DNA of 64,000 nucleotides, from assembly GCA_028534125.1 (NCBI GenBank), contig CM052818.1, forward strand, positions 9,674,001 to 9,738,000, read 5' to 3'. Below the pieces are notes generated by a model. The model made no database searches. It was not told the origin of the DNA and was given only the letters and a program-made list of their open reading frames with translations. This document shows, piece by piece, positions 26,085-39,763 of the stretch. The DNA is from Lama glama. Lineage: Eukaryota. Within the stretch, counting starts at the first letter, position 1. Each line of letters begins with the position of its first letter. The translations under genes and the position numbers were made by a program.

Positions 26085-26990
26085 ACTTTGACCTAGATAA
26101 GCTTTTATATTTATGAAGTATCCTAGAGAAAAAAGGGTCTCAGTCAAGCACTCACCATAAACAGTAGAGTGAAAATTATTTTTCCTCCTCTACACTTTCT
26201 GGTGACCATACTGAGACCTGCTGAGACAAACCCACTCACTCCAGAGCCTGCAGATAGGATCCTGGGAAAACTGGCAGAAACCAGCAAAAGGCAAGAATTC
26301 TTACCAAAGTCAGCTTTCCCAGGTCTCTACCTGTGATGCCTGGTCAAGAAAGGAAGGTAAAACTTCATATTGCCCTTCCTTTCCAAATTTAGATTGGCAG
26401 GAAAAAGCATTAGTTATCAGTCCTTTCTCTCCCAGGGACAGCTAATGCTTTCTTTGTTTCATTTTGTGTCCTGAGAACTTGACTGTGCAAACATCAGGTT
26501 GAGGATCTCAAAAATATGGCTGGACATTAATGTGGGTTGTACTCCATCTGCAGCTACATATGGTATTGCCAAAATCAACTTGTAAAGAGCTCTATTTAAC
26601 TAGCTTAAAGACAAACAAGCATTTATATAAATCAAGTATACTCTCAGAAGTACGAAAACTAATTGAAATGTTTTTCAAGTTCACGTGATTTAGGATAATA
26701 CTCAGTAAATAAAAGCTAATTTAAGTTTGTTGGTTTAATTAAAACAGGCATCTCTTTAGCGTATTGACATTAAATATAATACTTTTGTTCTACTGGGTTT
26801 ACTAATAGCCAAATAAGCTCATGTTATCTCTGTCACAGAATCTGTCAACAAGAAAGATAACTTAAAATGATGGCTAGTTGTTTGTAACTTCCTGTGAAAT
26901 TTTTATGAGTAATCTAAACATAATTGTTAAGAACAAGTGAGTTAAACAGATGTAAGATGAAAGTTTATAAATAAACTTTTCAACAATTAA
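26085..26990 (+). mobile_element. ERV1-class fragment (LTR end, PBS-like site, internal leader)
   Basis: ttttcctcctctaca|ctttctggtgacc resembles an LTR/PBS junction. Downstream text resembles MER4-group internal sequence. Confidence 0.45.
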
Positions 26991-28276
26991 AAAAACCCAA
27001 ATAAAACAGTATCCCTCTAATGATTCAATTTTAAAGGTCTAGGGCATTTTGATTCCTCCTTTCTCATTATGTACTGCATTTAGTTAGTAACTAAATCACC
27101 TCAGTTCAGATCTTCATTATCTTTTGCATTTAAATGCAAAAGCATCCTAAGTGATGTCCCCAAATTAATAAATATTAAGCACCTTTCATTTGCCAATCAA
27201 GTTGTTAGCTTTGGGGAATACAATGGTAAATATAACCCAAAATTCCTTATTAACCTGACCATCCAATTTCAACCTGTGTTAACCTGCACTGACCTATTTT
27301 AATCACTTGAGACAGACTGATCTCTTTAGAGCACTGTTTATATGTCACAGCCTGCTTTAAAAAACTGAAACAAAACCAGACAACCAAAAAATCTTCCTTT
27401 CCCTGCTAAATGAAAATTAAGTTTTGTCATGGAAATTAAGACCTTCCATTATTACGTTTCAATTTAATTTCTCTGCCTTATTTCTCAATATCCTTCTATT
27501 CAATAGTATAGGACATCTGCTGATTAAATCTCATACTTCCTTCCTATGTTCAAGCTGGACCATCTGCTTAACAGTCTTTTTTCCCTACGTAACTGGTGAA
27601 ATACTACCTATCTTTCCAAAATCTAACTTAGATGCCACTTTCTTTTTGGATACTAGTAGTCAAAAAATGTCAGCTTCACTTCTAAATTGAGATAATACTC
27701 TGTACTAGTCGATTCAATAGGGGTTTAACAGTCAAACAGGCCTGGTTTTGTTTCTGGTTCTGCCTTATTAAAGATGTGAACTTTAATTTTATCACTTGCA
27801 TGAGGATAATTCCTCTTACGATTGTTGTAAGAATTAAATGAGACAAATTAAACAAAATACTTAGCACAGTGTCTTGCATATAAAAAAGGCTCAATAAGCC
27901 TTATGTTTCTCCCCAACTGTCATACTCCTTACACTTTCTTCCTCATTACCATTACTTGTGTATGTGTCTCATCCACTTCTTTTAATAAGTTTTAGAAAGA
28001 TGAAGGGATTATGTCCTATGTATCTTTGTATCTTCCACAGCTTTAAGTTTAGTACCTTGTAAATAGTTAGGTACTGTGTACTGTTAAAATGACCTAAAAA
28101 GAAAAAATCAACAAGCCTGTTTTTGCTACATGTTCCTCTTCCAGTTTTAAAGTTCTTAATTGAAAATATAACTGGATCAAAATAGTAAATACAAATGACT
28201 ACAAAGAAAGCTAATTTAAGTAATCATGATATTTGAGATTGTTACATGGCTTCTGAACCCATTCTATTACTCTTAC

Positions 28277-28971
28277 CTGTTACTTCGTCACTGTAAGTAG
28301 AAAGCAGTTTCCAGATGAGGTAAGGACCACCAAGGATAACAGCAAAAAACAAGAATATTGGCCAAGATTTTGCTGAGTTAGCTGTTCTGTCCTCAGCACC
28401 AAGGCAAGCCACAGTTCCTTCACTTTCTGCCCACAGGTCCTCATTCTCAGAGCCTCTTCTTATACCTATCATCCACTGTAATCGTCTGTAAAGATATCTT
28501 ATAGTCCTAACCAATGCAAAAGCTGAAAAAACTTTTGTGAAATGTATTTTCAATCGGGAAAAATGGTTTGCTACATCCAAGACAGCCCTGAAACTGTTAT
28601 AGACAGCTGAAAAGGTAGCATCCATCATCATACTAACAGAGGCAAATGCATGCACAATACTTTCAATGGACTGAAATGCACCTCTGCTGCTTTCTTCAGC
28701 TTGCTGAACAAATCTACTAGGTGGAAGATCATCTATACGGAGGCGGTTATAGCCCAACCCATTATATCCATAACTATAAGGGCTATAGCTTCCATAAAAC
28801 GAATTTCCATAGGCACCATATCCAGAAGAAAATGAACTGTAGGCAGGTCTGAAAGCGTTCATGTTGCTGCTTCCTGTCTGCTGTGATGGCCTTGGAAGAA
28901 TAGGTGGTGGCACTCTGGTAAGTGTTGGTTGTCCAGGTCTTGTCAATAAAGTAGGACCCAAATCAGCAGAT
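28277..28971 (-). CDS. PEX13: PEX13 exon 2 (Tyr/Gly-rich region, amphipathic helix, transmembrane segment)
   Basis: SADLGPTLLTRPGQP...GYGAYGNSFYGSYSPYSYGYNGLGY...KSWPIFLFFAVILGGPYLIWKLL...DEVT. Acceptor tag| at 28974-28972, donor |gtaaga at 28276, 695 nt. Confidence 0.98.
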
Positions 28972-29747
28972 CTAAAACCAAAAAGAGCGTCAAAATAGTA
29001 ACTGAAGCACACAATAAATTCATTCAAAATAACTAATAAACACCTTTTATATACCTAGTGTTATGACAGATTCTAGTAATGATGTCTTAACAGTAAGGAA
29101 TAGCCTCTAATAACCAGATGCTTAGAATCTCAGTATTAAGAAAGGATGGATAAAATACCTGACTAAACTCCATTTTCTTGTTTACTTATGCTTGCATTGT
29201 TAGTAGTATCTTCAATCTGTGGTTCCTTTTTAAGACGCTTGCCCATTTCCTCAGGGTTAGTTGCGAGTAGGTATCTGTCCATTCCTACACCTAAACAGCA
29301 CTATCTTAATTAACATAGTTTTAAAATAGGTCTTAATGCCCAATGAAACAAGTCTTCCCACAACATTCTTCATCTTCAACAGTGTCTTGGCTATTTGACC
29401 CTTCGAATTTCCATACACATTTTGGGATCAGAGCTTGAAGTTCTACACTACCCTCCCCTCAAAAGCCCTACTGAGATTCTGGTTTGGAATTACATTAAAT
29501 CTGTAGATTAATTTGAGATAGTTAACATTTCTATAATATTCAGAGTTTTAATTCATGAATACACTATATGTTCCATTTATTTAGATCTTTTAAAGATTTT
29601 TCTCAATAATGTTTTTTTTTTTAAATAATTGCTGAGTCTCAATGTTTTACAGTTTACTGTATGGAGGTCTTTCTTTAGATTTATTCCTATATATTTGATT
29701 TTTTTTGGATGCTGCTGTATATGCTGTCTTTCTAAAATTTCACTTTC

Positions 29748-29946
29748 TTCATAGCAGCACTATTTACAATAGCCAAAACATGGAAACAACCTAAATGTCC
29801 ATCAACAGGTGACTGGATAAAGAAGATGTGGTATATTTATACAATGGAATACTACTCAGCCATAAAAACCGACAACATAATGCCATTTGCAGCAACATGG
29901 ATGCTCCTAGAGAATGTCATTCTAAGTGAAGTAAGCCAGAAAGAGA
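29748..29946 (+). mobile_element. Younger L1, 5'-truncated, end of ORF2; runs into the gap
   Basis: Little-diverged MWYIYTMEYYSAIKTDNIMPFAATWMLLENVILSEVSQKE. Confidence 0.9.
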
Positions 29947-30446
29947 NNNNNNNNNNNNNNNNNNNNNNNNNNNNNNNNNNNNNNNNNNNNNNNNNNNNNN
30001 NNNNNNNNNNNNNNNNNNNNNNNNNNNNNNNNNNNNNNNNNNNNNNNNNNNNNNNNNNNNNNNNNNNNNNNNNNNNNNNNNNNNNNNNNNNNNNNNNNNN
30101 NNNNNNNNNNNNNNNNNNNNNNNNNNNNNNNNNNNNNNNNNNNNNNNNNNNNNNNNNNNNNNNNNNNNNNNNNNNNNNNNNNNNNNNNNNNNNNNNNNNN
30201 NNNNNNNNNNNNNNNNNNNNNNNNNNNNNNNNNNNNNNNNNNNNNNNNNNNNNNNNNNNNNNNNNNNNNNNNNNNNNNNNNNNNNNNNNNNNNNNNNNNN
30301 NNNNNNNNNNNNNNNNNNNNNNNNNNNNNNNNNNNNNNNNNNNNNNNNNNNNNNNNNNNNNNNNNNNNNNNNNNNNNNNNNNNNNNNNNNNNNNNNNNNN
30401 NNNNNNNNNNNNNNNNNNNNNNNNNNNNNNNNNNNNNNNNNNNNNN
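29947..30446. other. Assembly gap (500 N)
   Basis: Run of exactly 500 n. Confidence 1.
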
Positions 30447-31929
30447 ATGGTCCTTACATCTAGCAACCTTATTTTGGATTCTTCTTTTGGATTTTCTATA
30501 ATCCTAAGGATTTGCAGTCATAGCGTATGTAAATAATGATAGGTTTATTTCTGCCTTTAAAAAATTCTTACAGCTTTGTTTATTAAGGTATGACACCTTA
30601 AGACCTGCAGTAGAATCTTGGATAGAAGTGATGATAGCTGGCATCCTAGTCTAATTTCGAAGGGAAAATTTTCAACATGTCACCATTGATTATTAAGTTT
30701 CCTATAGGTTTGTTGTAGATTTTGTAGTTCACTTTTCTATTTCTATTTCTTAAGAGGTTTTACCATGATTAAATGCTGAACTTATCAAATGATTTCCTGG
30801 CATCTATCAAGATGATTATATGATTTTTTTCCCTTTATTCTCTTAATTTGATGAATTAACATTAATTTTCAAATGCTAAAGCCAACATGCATTCCTGAAG
30901 TAAAACCAAATAGGCTACAATATATTTCCGAACTTGATTTGCCAATAATTTGTTGAAGATTAAGAAAAATGTTTTTGTCTTTTCTTTCATTTCCTTCAAC
31001 ATATTAAATATAAAGTCTCTTTGGTAACTCCAATATCTAGAGTCCTTATGAATCTGTTTTTCCAGCTGTTTACTTAGTTGCCATTTATGTTATACAATGT
31101 CCTCCTGAGTCTGGCTATTTGATTTTGCTGTGCATCAGACATGCATGAAGAATTGTAGCAATAATTATAGACTTTGGATGATGTTCTCTTTCTCTAGATG
31201 TGTTTCATTATGGATATTGGGTTTTTTTAAATTGAAGTATAGTTGATTTCTAATGTGTTAGTTTCAGGTGTATATATACATATTCAAACATATATATATA
31301 TATATATATACACATATATGTTCAAGATTTTTTTTCCACTATAGATTATTACAAGATATTGAATATAGTCCCTGTGCTATACAGTAGGCCCTTGTGTTTA
31401 TTTATTTTATATATAGAAGTGCACAACTGGATATTGGTTTCTAAACTATCGTCTAGTTTGGTTCAGGAAGACTGCTAGGCCTACTATCAATTTATGATGC
31501 CCTAATTAAATTTCAGGAATAGATAATCTGAGGCTGGGCTTCTGTTCCTGTAAGGGCCTGTTTACTTCTTTTATACTCTCATATCTAGATGTATCTTTTC
31601 AGGGTTTAACATAAGGTGTGGTTAATTTATCAGTACCTCCTCTTAGAACTCCAGTAACTCCAACAATGCTTCAAGAGTCTGTCAAAAGTGCTATTCAACC
31701 TGCTTCTCATTATCTAAGCTGCTTCTTCTGAAATCAGCAAAAGCTTCTATGGAAAAAGTGCTCTCAAAGGCCATGCTCAACTTTGAGGATTTTCATTTTT
31801 CCTGGATCTGGGCTCCATAAATCTTTATTTCCTTTTTCCTCTATAATGCTTTCAAGCAGATGTTTTTATATTCTGCTTAGATTACATGTTCTGCCATTAT
31901 CAGAAGTCCTTCCCATAATTCTTTGACCA

Positions 31930-32240
31930 TGTTTTCATAATTCTTGGGAGTGAAACTGCTGGGACTTACGGTAACTCTGTGTTTAACCTTCTGAAGAATT
32001 GCCAAATTGTTTTCTAAAGCAACTGTACCATTTTACATTCCCACCAGTAGTGCATGAAGGTTTCAATTTCTGTACATTTGCCAACACTTGATATATCTGC
32101 CTTTTTTATTATACCCATCGTAGTGAGTGTGAAATGATTTTTCATTGTGGGTTTGATTTGCATTTCCCTGATGGTTAATGATGTTGAGTATGTTTTCATG
32201 TGCTTATTGCCAGTTATAGATCTTCCTTGGAGAAATGTCC
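31930..32240 (-). mobile_element. L1 fragment (3' ORF2)
   Basis: ORF 32014-32199 (STSLTIREMQIKPTM...WWECKMVQ) is L1 ORF2-like. Confidence 0.8.
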
Positions 32241-32244
32241 ACAG

Positions 32245-32365
32245 AGGGGGGATATATGCTTCGCATGCATGAGGTCCAGGGTTTAATCCCCAGTACCTCC
32301 ATCAAAGTAAATAAATAAACCTAATTACCTCCCACCACAACAAAATAAAAATTAGAAAAAAAAAG
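32245..32365 (+). mobile_element. Vic-1-like SINE with internal deletion
   Basis: gcatgcatgaggtccagggtttaatccccagtacctccatc...aaataaacctaattacctcc. Confidence 0.8.
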
Positions 32366-32518
32366 TCTATTCAGATATTTTGCCCATTTAAAAAATTAGG
32401 TTGTCTTTTTAACACTGAATTGTGAAAGTCAGTATGTCTTTTGAAACAAAACTTCAGTTAAGGTTCACACATTGCATTTGGTTGTTTGTGTCTTCATTCT
32501 CTTCTAAACAGAACAATA

Positions 32519-32630
32519 AGGGGGTGGGGAAGAGCTCAGTGGTAGAGCGCATGCTTAGCATGCATGAGGTCCTGGTTCAATCCCCAGTATCTACATTAAA
32601 AAATAAATAAATATATTATAAATCTAATAA
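32519..32630 (+). mobile_element. Vic-1-like SINE
   Basis: agctcagtggtagagcgcatgcttagcatgcatgaggtcctggttcaatccccag plus A-rich tail. Confidence 0.85.
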
Positions 32631-34055
32631 ATTTAAATATGTAAATATACATATGAGTGTGTGTATATATTTAACATACATTTATATATTTGTTTATACA
32701 CACACACACACACAGAATAATAATGTCTTGGACTTTTTCAAGAGTCCAGCTAGTTTTCTTACAGAATGTCCCACATTCTGGATTTGTGTTTCCCCAAAAT
32801 GTTGTTTAACTTGTATCCCTATCCTCTGTATTTCCAGTTAAAATGAAATATGCATCTAAAGGTTTGATTAGAATCAGGTTAACATTTTTGGCAAGCATAA
32901 TTCATGAGTGATGTTGTTTACCTCAGATTGTATCACATCTTTATTAAAAAAGGGACAAAACTTTAATAAAAGGTCAGTGGACTACCAAATAGTGTAGAAT
33001 ATTCAGGTTTTGATGAAGCAGCTCTGAGTAGAAGTGCTCCACTCAAATGGAACTAGTTCACTGCTTGAGGGTAGAGACTAGAAAGTGCTACCCTGGCTCA
33101 TAAAAATTTGTTAACAATGGTAAAAGACATTATAAAATCTGCTGACAATGGTTTAGGATTTTTAGAAAGTTACAGAACTAAGAATGCGAAAAGACACTGA
33201 TAAAGTCTCAAACCCAGGAAACCAAACAAGTTAACGACTGACTCAATGACTTAATCTGTGATATCCTTAATCTAAGCCCCCATTTTTATACGAGATTCTT
33301 ACATGGAGGGTGGGTGTTGAGAAGGAGGTAGAGGCAACAGGAAACCTACTAGACAGAGAGAGATGAATAAAGAAGGGAAAGGCGAGACAACAGAACTCAA
33401 AAATTTCTACTCAAAATAAACATATCAAAAATGCTACACACAAGAATAAATAAAAATACCAAGAAAGCAAACTAACAAACATCAACAATAAGAATGAAAA
33501 TTCATTCAACGAAAAACTAATTTTATATAACAGCTCAACAAAAATTCTAAATATGTTTAAAATGGTCAAAGAGATAAGCAGAACAAGAACTAATAATGAG
33601 ACTGAATAAATTGCTAAAAAAGAGATAAATAAAGCAGTAACATCTGTGAAATAAAAATTAAAATTAAATAAAACCATGTAAATACGAAAAATTCCATTAG
33701 AAATCTCAGACACAATGCCCACAGCCACAGGGCATCTTGCAACTATCAGGCAAAAAGAAAATTAGTTGTTGTACACTAAGGAGCAGAGTAGAAATACAGA
33801 ACTTGGGGAATTCCACTTCAACTAATGGCATTCTAGCTAATCAGACTACCCACCCCCAACAGAAAACAATTAGAAAAGACAGAGAAAATATAAAATTATC
33901 TGTTTAAAGCATGATGAAACAGACACTGAGGAATTATATAGAGTCACGATCCAGGAGAAAGAGAACACCCAGAGAGCCCATTTTGAGATGTTTCTCAAGG
34001 GAAGAGGGCCAATTTTAGAAGAGACGACTGCCAGAAGAAGCTGAGCAGAGCTTTT

Positions 34056-34185
34056 TGGGGGAGAGGCGGGGGAGGGTAATTAGGTTTATTTATTTATTTT
34101 TTAAATGGAGGTACTGGGGATTAAAGCCAGGACCTTGTGCATGTTAAGTGCGTGCTCTACCACTGAGCTATACCCTCCCTGCCTG
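34056..34185 (-). mobile_element. Vic-1-like SINE with 13-bp target-site duplication
   Basis: Flanked by GAGCA(G/C)AGCTTTT at 34043-34055 and 34186-34198. Confidence 0.88.
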
Positions 34186-35675
34186 GAGCACAGCTTTTAA
34201 CAGCCTCCCTGGGCTAAGGAGACAAAAACTAGAGTTCAGAAACCCCAAGAGGAGGGACAAGGTAAATGCCCACACTTCAGACTGGGACCTTAAAGGGCCA
34301 TATGCTAGGAGTAAGGGGGAAAAGGTTAACAAGAAAAAGACTAGCCCTGGCAGAAACTAAAAACCACAATTTCAAATTACCTTAATGCTTGACTGGATTA
34401 AAATGATCCTAGACTGTTAGTGGCCCAAGGTACCTGTAAAAAGTAAAACTCTCGGAAGGAAGAGACCATCCTAGGTCTCAAATCACCTTGTCTATATACA
34501 ATGTCCAGCTCTCATTAAAAAATACTTGGGCCTTTATGATGACAAAACTACATGTTAAAAAAAAAAAGAAGAGCAATATCAGACAATACAAAATGATCTA
34601 TATGAATCCGGGTAACGAAGTTATCAGGCAGAGACTTTACATAGCTATGCTCCATATGAATATATAAGGAAAAAAAGGCAAGACTGAGATTTTCAGCAGA
34701 GACTAAAACTATAATGCAGGATTAAATGGAAATTCTAAAACTAAAAAAATAAAATACCTGAAATTATGAACTCTATGACTGACCGGTTTAATATCACATT
34801 AAACACAAAGAAAAATACTATCGAACTAGAAGAGAGTTCAGAAGAAAATAGCCAGAATGAAGCATGAGCAACAAAAGGATACATATAGAAAAGAGTGTAA
34901 GATATGGCGTGTGTTGCGAACTATAGAGCATATATATAATTGGAGTTAGAGAAGTGAAAAGATGATGGGCAGAAACAATATTTAAAGAGGTAATGGTGAA
35001 GCCTTTTCTGAAATCAGTGAAAGACATCAAGTCAGATTCAAGTGTCTGTATGAAACCCACCCACAATAATACAACAAAAACCACACTGAAACCCAACAAA
35101 GTATAACTACTGAAAGAAACAAAGGGAAAATCTTGAAAGCCTCCAGAGGAAAAATAGAGATTCCTCTCGAAGGAGCAAGAATAAGACAGAGATTACTGAA
35201 ACCGTCAGAAAGCTGATGGAGAAAAAGGAAGCCAAGAACAATGCAGGTCTCTTGATGACAATGTTGAGTTAATAGATCTCCATACCTCTTGTCAACTAAA
35301 CAATAAATGTCTTTATAGTCTAAAGCTTGGAAAATCAGATATTGTTTTTTGTAGGAGAACTATTCCTGCTATGTTTAATAGGAGTTCCAGAAGAAGAGAT
35401 GAAAAAGAATAGTGCTCAAACAATATTTAAACATAAGATTGGTGAGAGTTTGCCTGAATAAAGATATGAATCTTCAGACTGAATACTGCGGGTACTGAGC
35501 ACCAACACTGTAGCTGCTGAGCAGGAGGAAAATGTAAACTTGTACATACGTGTATCTGAATATCTAGGAATATTCAGAGCCTAGGAAAGCTACAGAGGAC
35601 CAAGGTATCAGGTAAAATCTTAAAGGCTGCTAAGGAGAAGGCAGTCTGAAAACGAATAAAAATCAGACTGAATAG

Positions 35676-35759
35676 GGGGAGGGGACAGCTCAAGTGGTAG
35701 AGCACATGCTTAGCACGCATGAGGTCCTCGGTTCAATCCCCAGTACCTAAATTAAAGAA
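35676..35759 (+). mobile_element. Vic-1-like SINE with 18-bp target-site duplication
   Basis: Flanked by AAAAAT(C/T)AGACTGAATAG at 35658-35675 and 35760-35777. Confidence 0.88.
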
Positions 35760-37386
35760 AAAAATTAGACTGAATAGAAAATTTCCATAGCTATAAAACT
35801 TTGATACAAAACCAGAAAAGTATAATACAAAGAAAGAAAATTATAGGCCAATTTCATCTAGGAACATATATACAAACTTCTTAAAATATTAAATTTCAGC
35901 ACTGTATTTTTAAAAAAAATCACAATTAAGCAGACTTCACCCAGAAATACAGGGACAATTAAAATAGCGAAGTTAACTAATGCAATAAACCAAACGTTCA
36001 TATTAAAAGAAAAATACATATAATTATCCCAACAGATGCAGAAAAGTCATATAATTTAATACCCCTTCATAATAAAAATCTGAACAAAGTAGAGAGATAG
36101 GTATCTGACAGAATATCTTTCAAAAACAAAAAGCAAACGTCATATTCTACAGTGAAACTTGAGAAGCATTCCAATTAAAGTCTGGACCAACAAAAGATGT
36201 TGGCTATTTATGCTGTCTTATTTGTAAATGACAGGACTGTCAACGTGAGACTCAAGAGAATTTCAACCAAACCATCAGAACAAATTAAAAGTCTGACACA
36301 CTGGGTATAATATCTACAGTTTATAAAAGATTGGCAAAGACTTTCTGGAAACAAGTATAAAACATTATTTATGGCAAAAAAGAAGATCAAAATTCTCACC
36401 AATTGCATCTTTTACAATATTCATGGATGGACTTACTTGATCTAGAAATAACAGTTCCAATAAAATATAAAGTTCCAATAAAAATGCCATTAAGTATTTT
36501 TACAAAGGCTAAGTGTAACAAAGGCAGTTTTGAAGAATCCTGACATACAGACATCAAAACTTATTATAAAGACATTGTAGTGTTAGCATAAGAATAGGAT
36601 AAATAGAGCAACAGAACATATCATAAAGTCTCCCAAACACAACCACACATTTTGGAAAGCTTGATATGATACATATATGGCATTATAAACTAGTATGGAA
36701 TAAATTACTCAATAAATGGTGCAAGGACAATAAGTTATCCAAATGGGAAAAAATTCAATTTCCTATTTTACACTGATTTTGAACAACAAAGCCGGTTCCA
36801 GGTGGATTAAAGATATGCTGGGAAGAGCAGAATATTTAAAAGAAAATATAGAGAAAAATTTTCCTGATCTGAGGTAGAAAGGATTTCTTAACCAAGACAG
36901 AATTCCTACAAATTGCTAGGCAAAGATAAAAACAATATAAAAGTGGGCAAAAGATTATCAACAGAAAAGACTCAAATGGCTAATAAACTTTTAAAAAGAT
37001 GCTCAAAATATTACTGATCAGAGAAGTGCAAATTAAAGATTAAATGCCATTTTGCATCCATTATATTGGTAAATATAGTACTACAAAATAGTCTCAAATG
37101 TTGGAAAAAATGTAAAGAAACGGAATAATTTGCTAGTGAAAATGTAAAAATTGGTGTACAACCACTTTGGGGGGCAACTTGGCAATAGTCAGTACTTAAA
37201 GATAAGCATACTCTTCCACCAATCAGCTCTCCTCTCAGAAAATCTCTTGTAAACACGCACAAGAAAGACAAAAGGATGTTCACTGTAGCAGCTTTAAATA
37301 TCTAACAACTAATACTCTAATACCTACAACAGAACAACAGTTTGCTTTTATATAACAGGATACCCTATGGCAACTGAAATGAACTA

Positions 37387-39763
37387 CAGGCACATCTTAT
37401 TTTATTACGCTTCACTTTATTGTGCTTTGCAAATGCTGCGTTTTTTGTTGTTGTTTTGTTGTTGTTGTTTTATAAATTGAAGGTTTGTGGCAACCCTGTA
37501 TCAAGCCAGTCTATCCACACCACTTTTTGAACAGCATTTGCTCACTTTGTGTCCTTGTGTCACATTTTGGTAATCCTCATCATATTTCAAACCTTTTTGT
37601 TATTATTGTATTTGCTATGGTAATCAGTTATTTTATGTTACTATTCTAATTGTTTCAGGGCACCATGAACTGCGCCCATATAAGACAGCAAACTTAACTG
37701 ATAAATGTTGTGTGTGTTCAGACTGCTCCACTGACCAGTCTTTCCTCCCATCTTTCTCTCTCTGCCTTTACGGCCCCCTTTTATTCCCTGAGACACAACA
37801 GTATTGAAACTAGGTCAATTAATAACCCTACAATAGCCTCTAAGAGAAAGGAAGAGTCACACATCTTTAACTTTAAACCAAAAGCTAAAAATGGTTAAGC
37901 TTAGTAAGGAAGGCATGTCAAAAGCCGAGACAGGCCATGGGCTAGGCCTCTTGCACCAGTTAGCCAAGTTGTGAAAACAAAGGAAAAGTTCTTGAAAGGT
38001 ATTAAAAGTGCTACTCCAGTGAACACTCAAATGCTAAGAAAGTGAAACAGCTTTACTGCTGATATGAACAAAGTTTTAGTGGTCTGGATAGCAGATAAAA
38101 CCAGCCAAAACATTCCCGTAAGCCAAAACCTAATCCATAGCAAAGCCTTAACTCTTTTCAATTCTATGAAGGCTGAAAGAGGTAAGGAAGCTGCAGAAGG
38201 TAAGTCTGAAGCTAGCAGAGGAAGGTTCATAAGGTATAAGGAAAGAAGCCATTTCCTTAACATGTGCAAGCAAGTGCTGATGTAGAAGCTGCAGCCAGTT
38301 AAGTTATCCGGAAGATCTAGCTCAGATAATTAATGTAGGTGGCTCCACTAAACAACAGATTCTCAATGTAGACAAAACAGCCTTCTTATGGGAAGAAAAT
38401 GACATCTAAGACTTTCACAGCTACAGTGAAGTCAATGCCAGGTTTCAATGCCTCAAAGAACAAGCTGATTCTCTTGTTAGAGGCTCATGCAGCTGGTGAC
38501 TTGAAGGTGAAGTCAATGCTCATTTACCATTCTGAAAATTCTAAGGCCCTTAAGAATTACGCTAAATCTACCTTGCCTGTGCTCTATCAGTGGACCAGCA
38601 AAGCCTGGATGACAGCACATCTCTTTACAATATGGTTTACTGAATATTTCAAGCCTACTGGTACTTAGAAAAAAAGATTCCTTTCAGAATTTTACTGCTT
38701 ACTGCTTACTGCTTACAGACAACGCACCTGTCACCCAAGAGTTGATGGAGATGTACAAGATGAATGTTTTCATGCTTGCTAACACAATAACCATTCTGAA
38801 GCCCATGGAGCAATGAGAAATTCTGACTTTCAAGTCTTACTAATTAAGAAATAAATTTCATAAGGCTATAGCTGCAAAAGACAGTGTCTCTGATGGATCT
38901 GAGCAAAGTACACTGAAAACCTTCTGAAAGGATTCACTATATTAGATACCATTAAGAACATTTGTGATTCATGGGAAGAGCTCAAAATACCAACTTTAAC
39001 AGAAGTTTGGAAGAAGCTGATTCCAACCCTCATGTATGACTTTGAGGGGTTCAAAACTTCAGTGAAGGAAGTTAACTGCAGATGTGATGGAAACAGTAAG
39101 AGAACTAAAATCAGAAGTGGAGCCTGAGGATGGACTGAATTGCTGCAATCTCATAATAAGACTTTAACGGATGAGGAGGTGCTTCTTTATGGATAAGCAA
39201 AGAGAGTGATTTCTTGAGATGCTATCTACTCCTGGTGAAGATCCTATGAAGATTGTTGAAAAGACAATAAAGGATTTAGACTATTATGTAAATTTAGTTG
39301 ATAAAGCAGCATTTACTCCAATTATTAAAGAAGTTCTACTGTGGGTAAAATGCTATCAAACAATATCGCATGCTATTGAAAAACGTTTGAGAAAGGAAGA
39401 GTCAATCAATGCAGGAAACTTCATTGTTGTCTTATTTTAAGAAACTTCCACAGCCACCCCAAACTTCAGCAACCACTACCTTAATCAGTCAACATCAAGG
39501 CAAGACGCTCCACCAATAAGAAGATTACAACTTGCTGAAGGCTCAGATGATTAGCCTTTTTTTAGCAATAAAGTATTTTTAAAGTATGTACACTGTTTTT
39601 TTAGACATGATGCTACTGCACACTTAACAGACTACAGTATAGTGTAAACATAACTTTTATATGCACTAGGAAACCAAAAAATTCGTGCCACTCACTTCAC
39701 TGCAATACTTGATTTATCGCAGAGGTCTGGAACCCAACCTGCAATACCTCCCAAGTATACCTG
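37387..39763 (+). mobile_element. Near full-length Tigger1 (pogo/TcMar) DNA transposon, transposase pseudogenised
   Basis: TA|caggcacatc...gtatacctg|TA termini, 2377 bp. ORF fragments 38064-38285 (CENP-B-type [17 protein letters not shown]) and 38399-38668 (DDE region, [14 protein letters not shown]...KAWMTAHLF) lie in different frames. Confidence 0.92.

Larger units (their letters stand above)
29150..30960 (-). mobile_element. Old L1 fragment, antisense, interrupted by a younger L1 and the gap
   Basis: Reverse L1 ORF2-like text (ttggaattacattaaatctgtagattaatttg...; agtgatgatagctggcatcct...). Boundaries approximate. Confidence 0.7.
33800..37386 (+). mobile_element. Old L1 fragments (ORF1 to ORF2 and 3' end)
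   Basis: A-rich L1-like text throughout (ggagttccagaagaaga..., cagatgcagaaaagtcat..., acaaccactttggggggcaacttggcaata). Continues after Tigger1. Probably more than one element. Confidence 0.65.

Noticed and set aside
28242..29027. Single-exon 261-aa protein
   Set aside because: This is PEX13 exon 2 extended into intron on both sides. Canonical splice sites bound 28277-28971.
29826..30536. ORFs of 236 and 204 aa
   Set aside because: They are open only because they run through 500 N. The real portion is L1 ORF2.
32519..32595. tRNA-Ala-like sequences (also 49861, 35676 and others) as true tRNA genes
   Set aside because: Acceptor stems are imperfect, and A-rich tails and target duplications identify them as SINE heads.
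38064..39440. Active or domesticated TIGD-like transposase
   Set aside because: Multiple frameshifts and stops within an ordinary Tigger1 copy.
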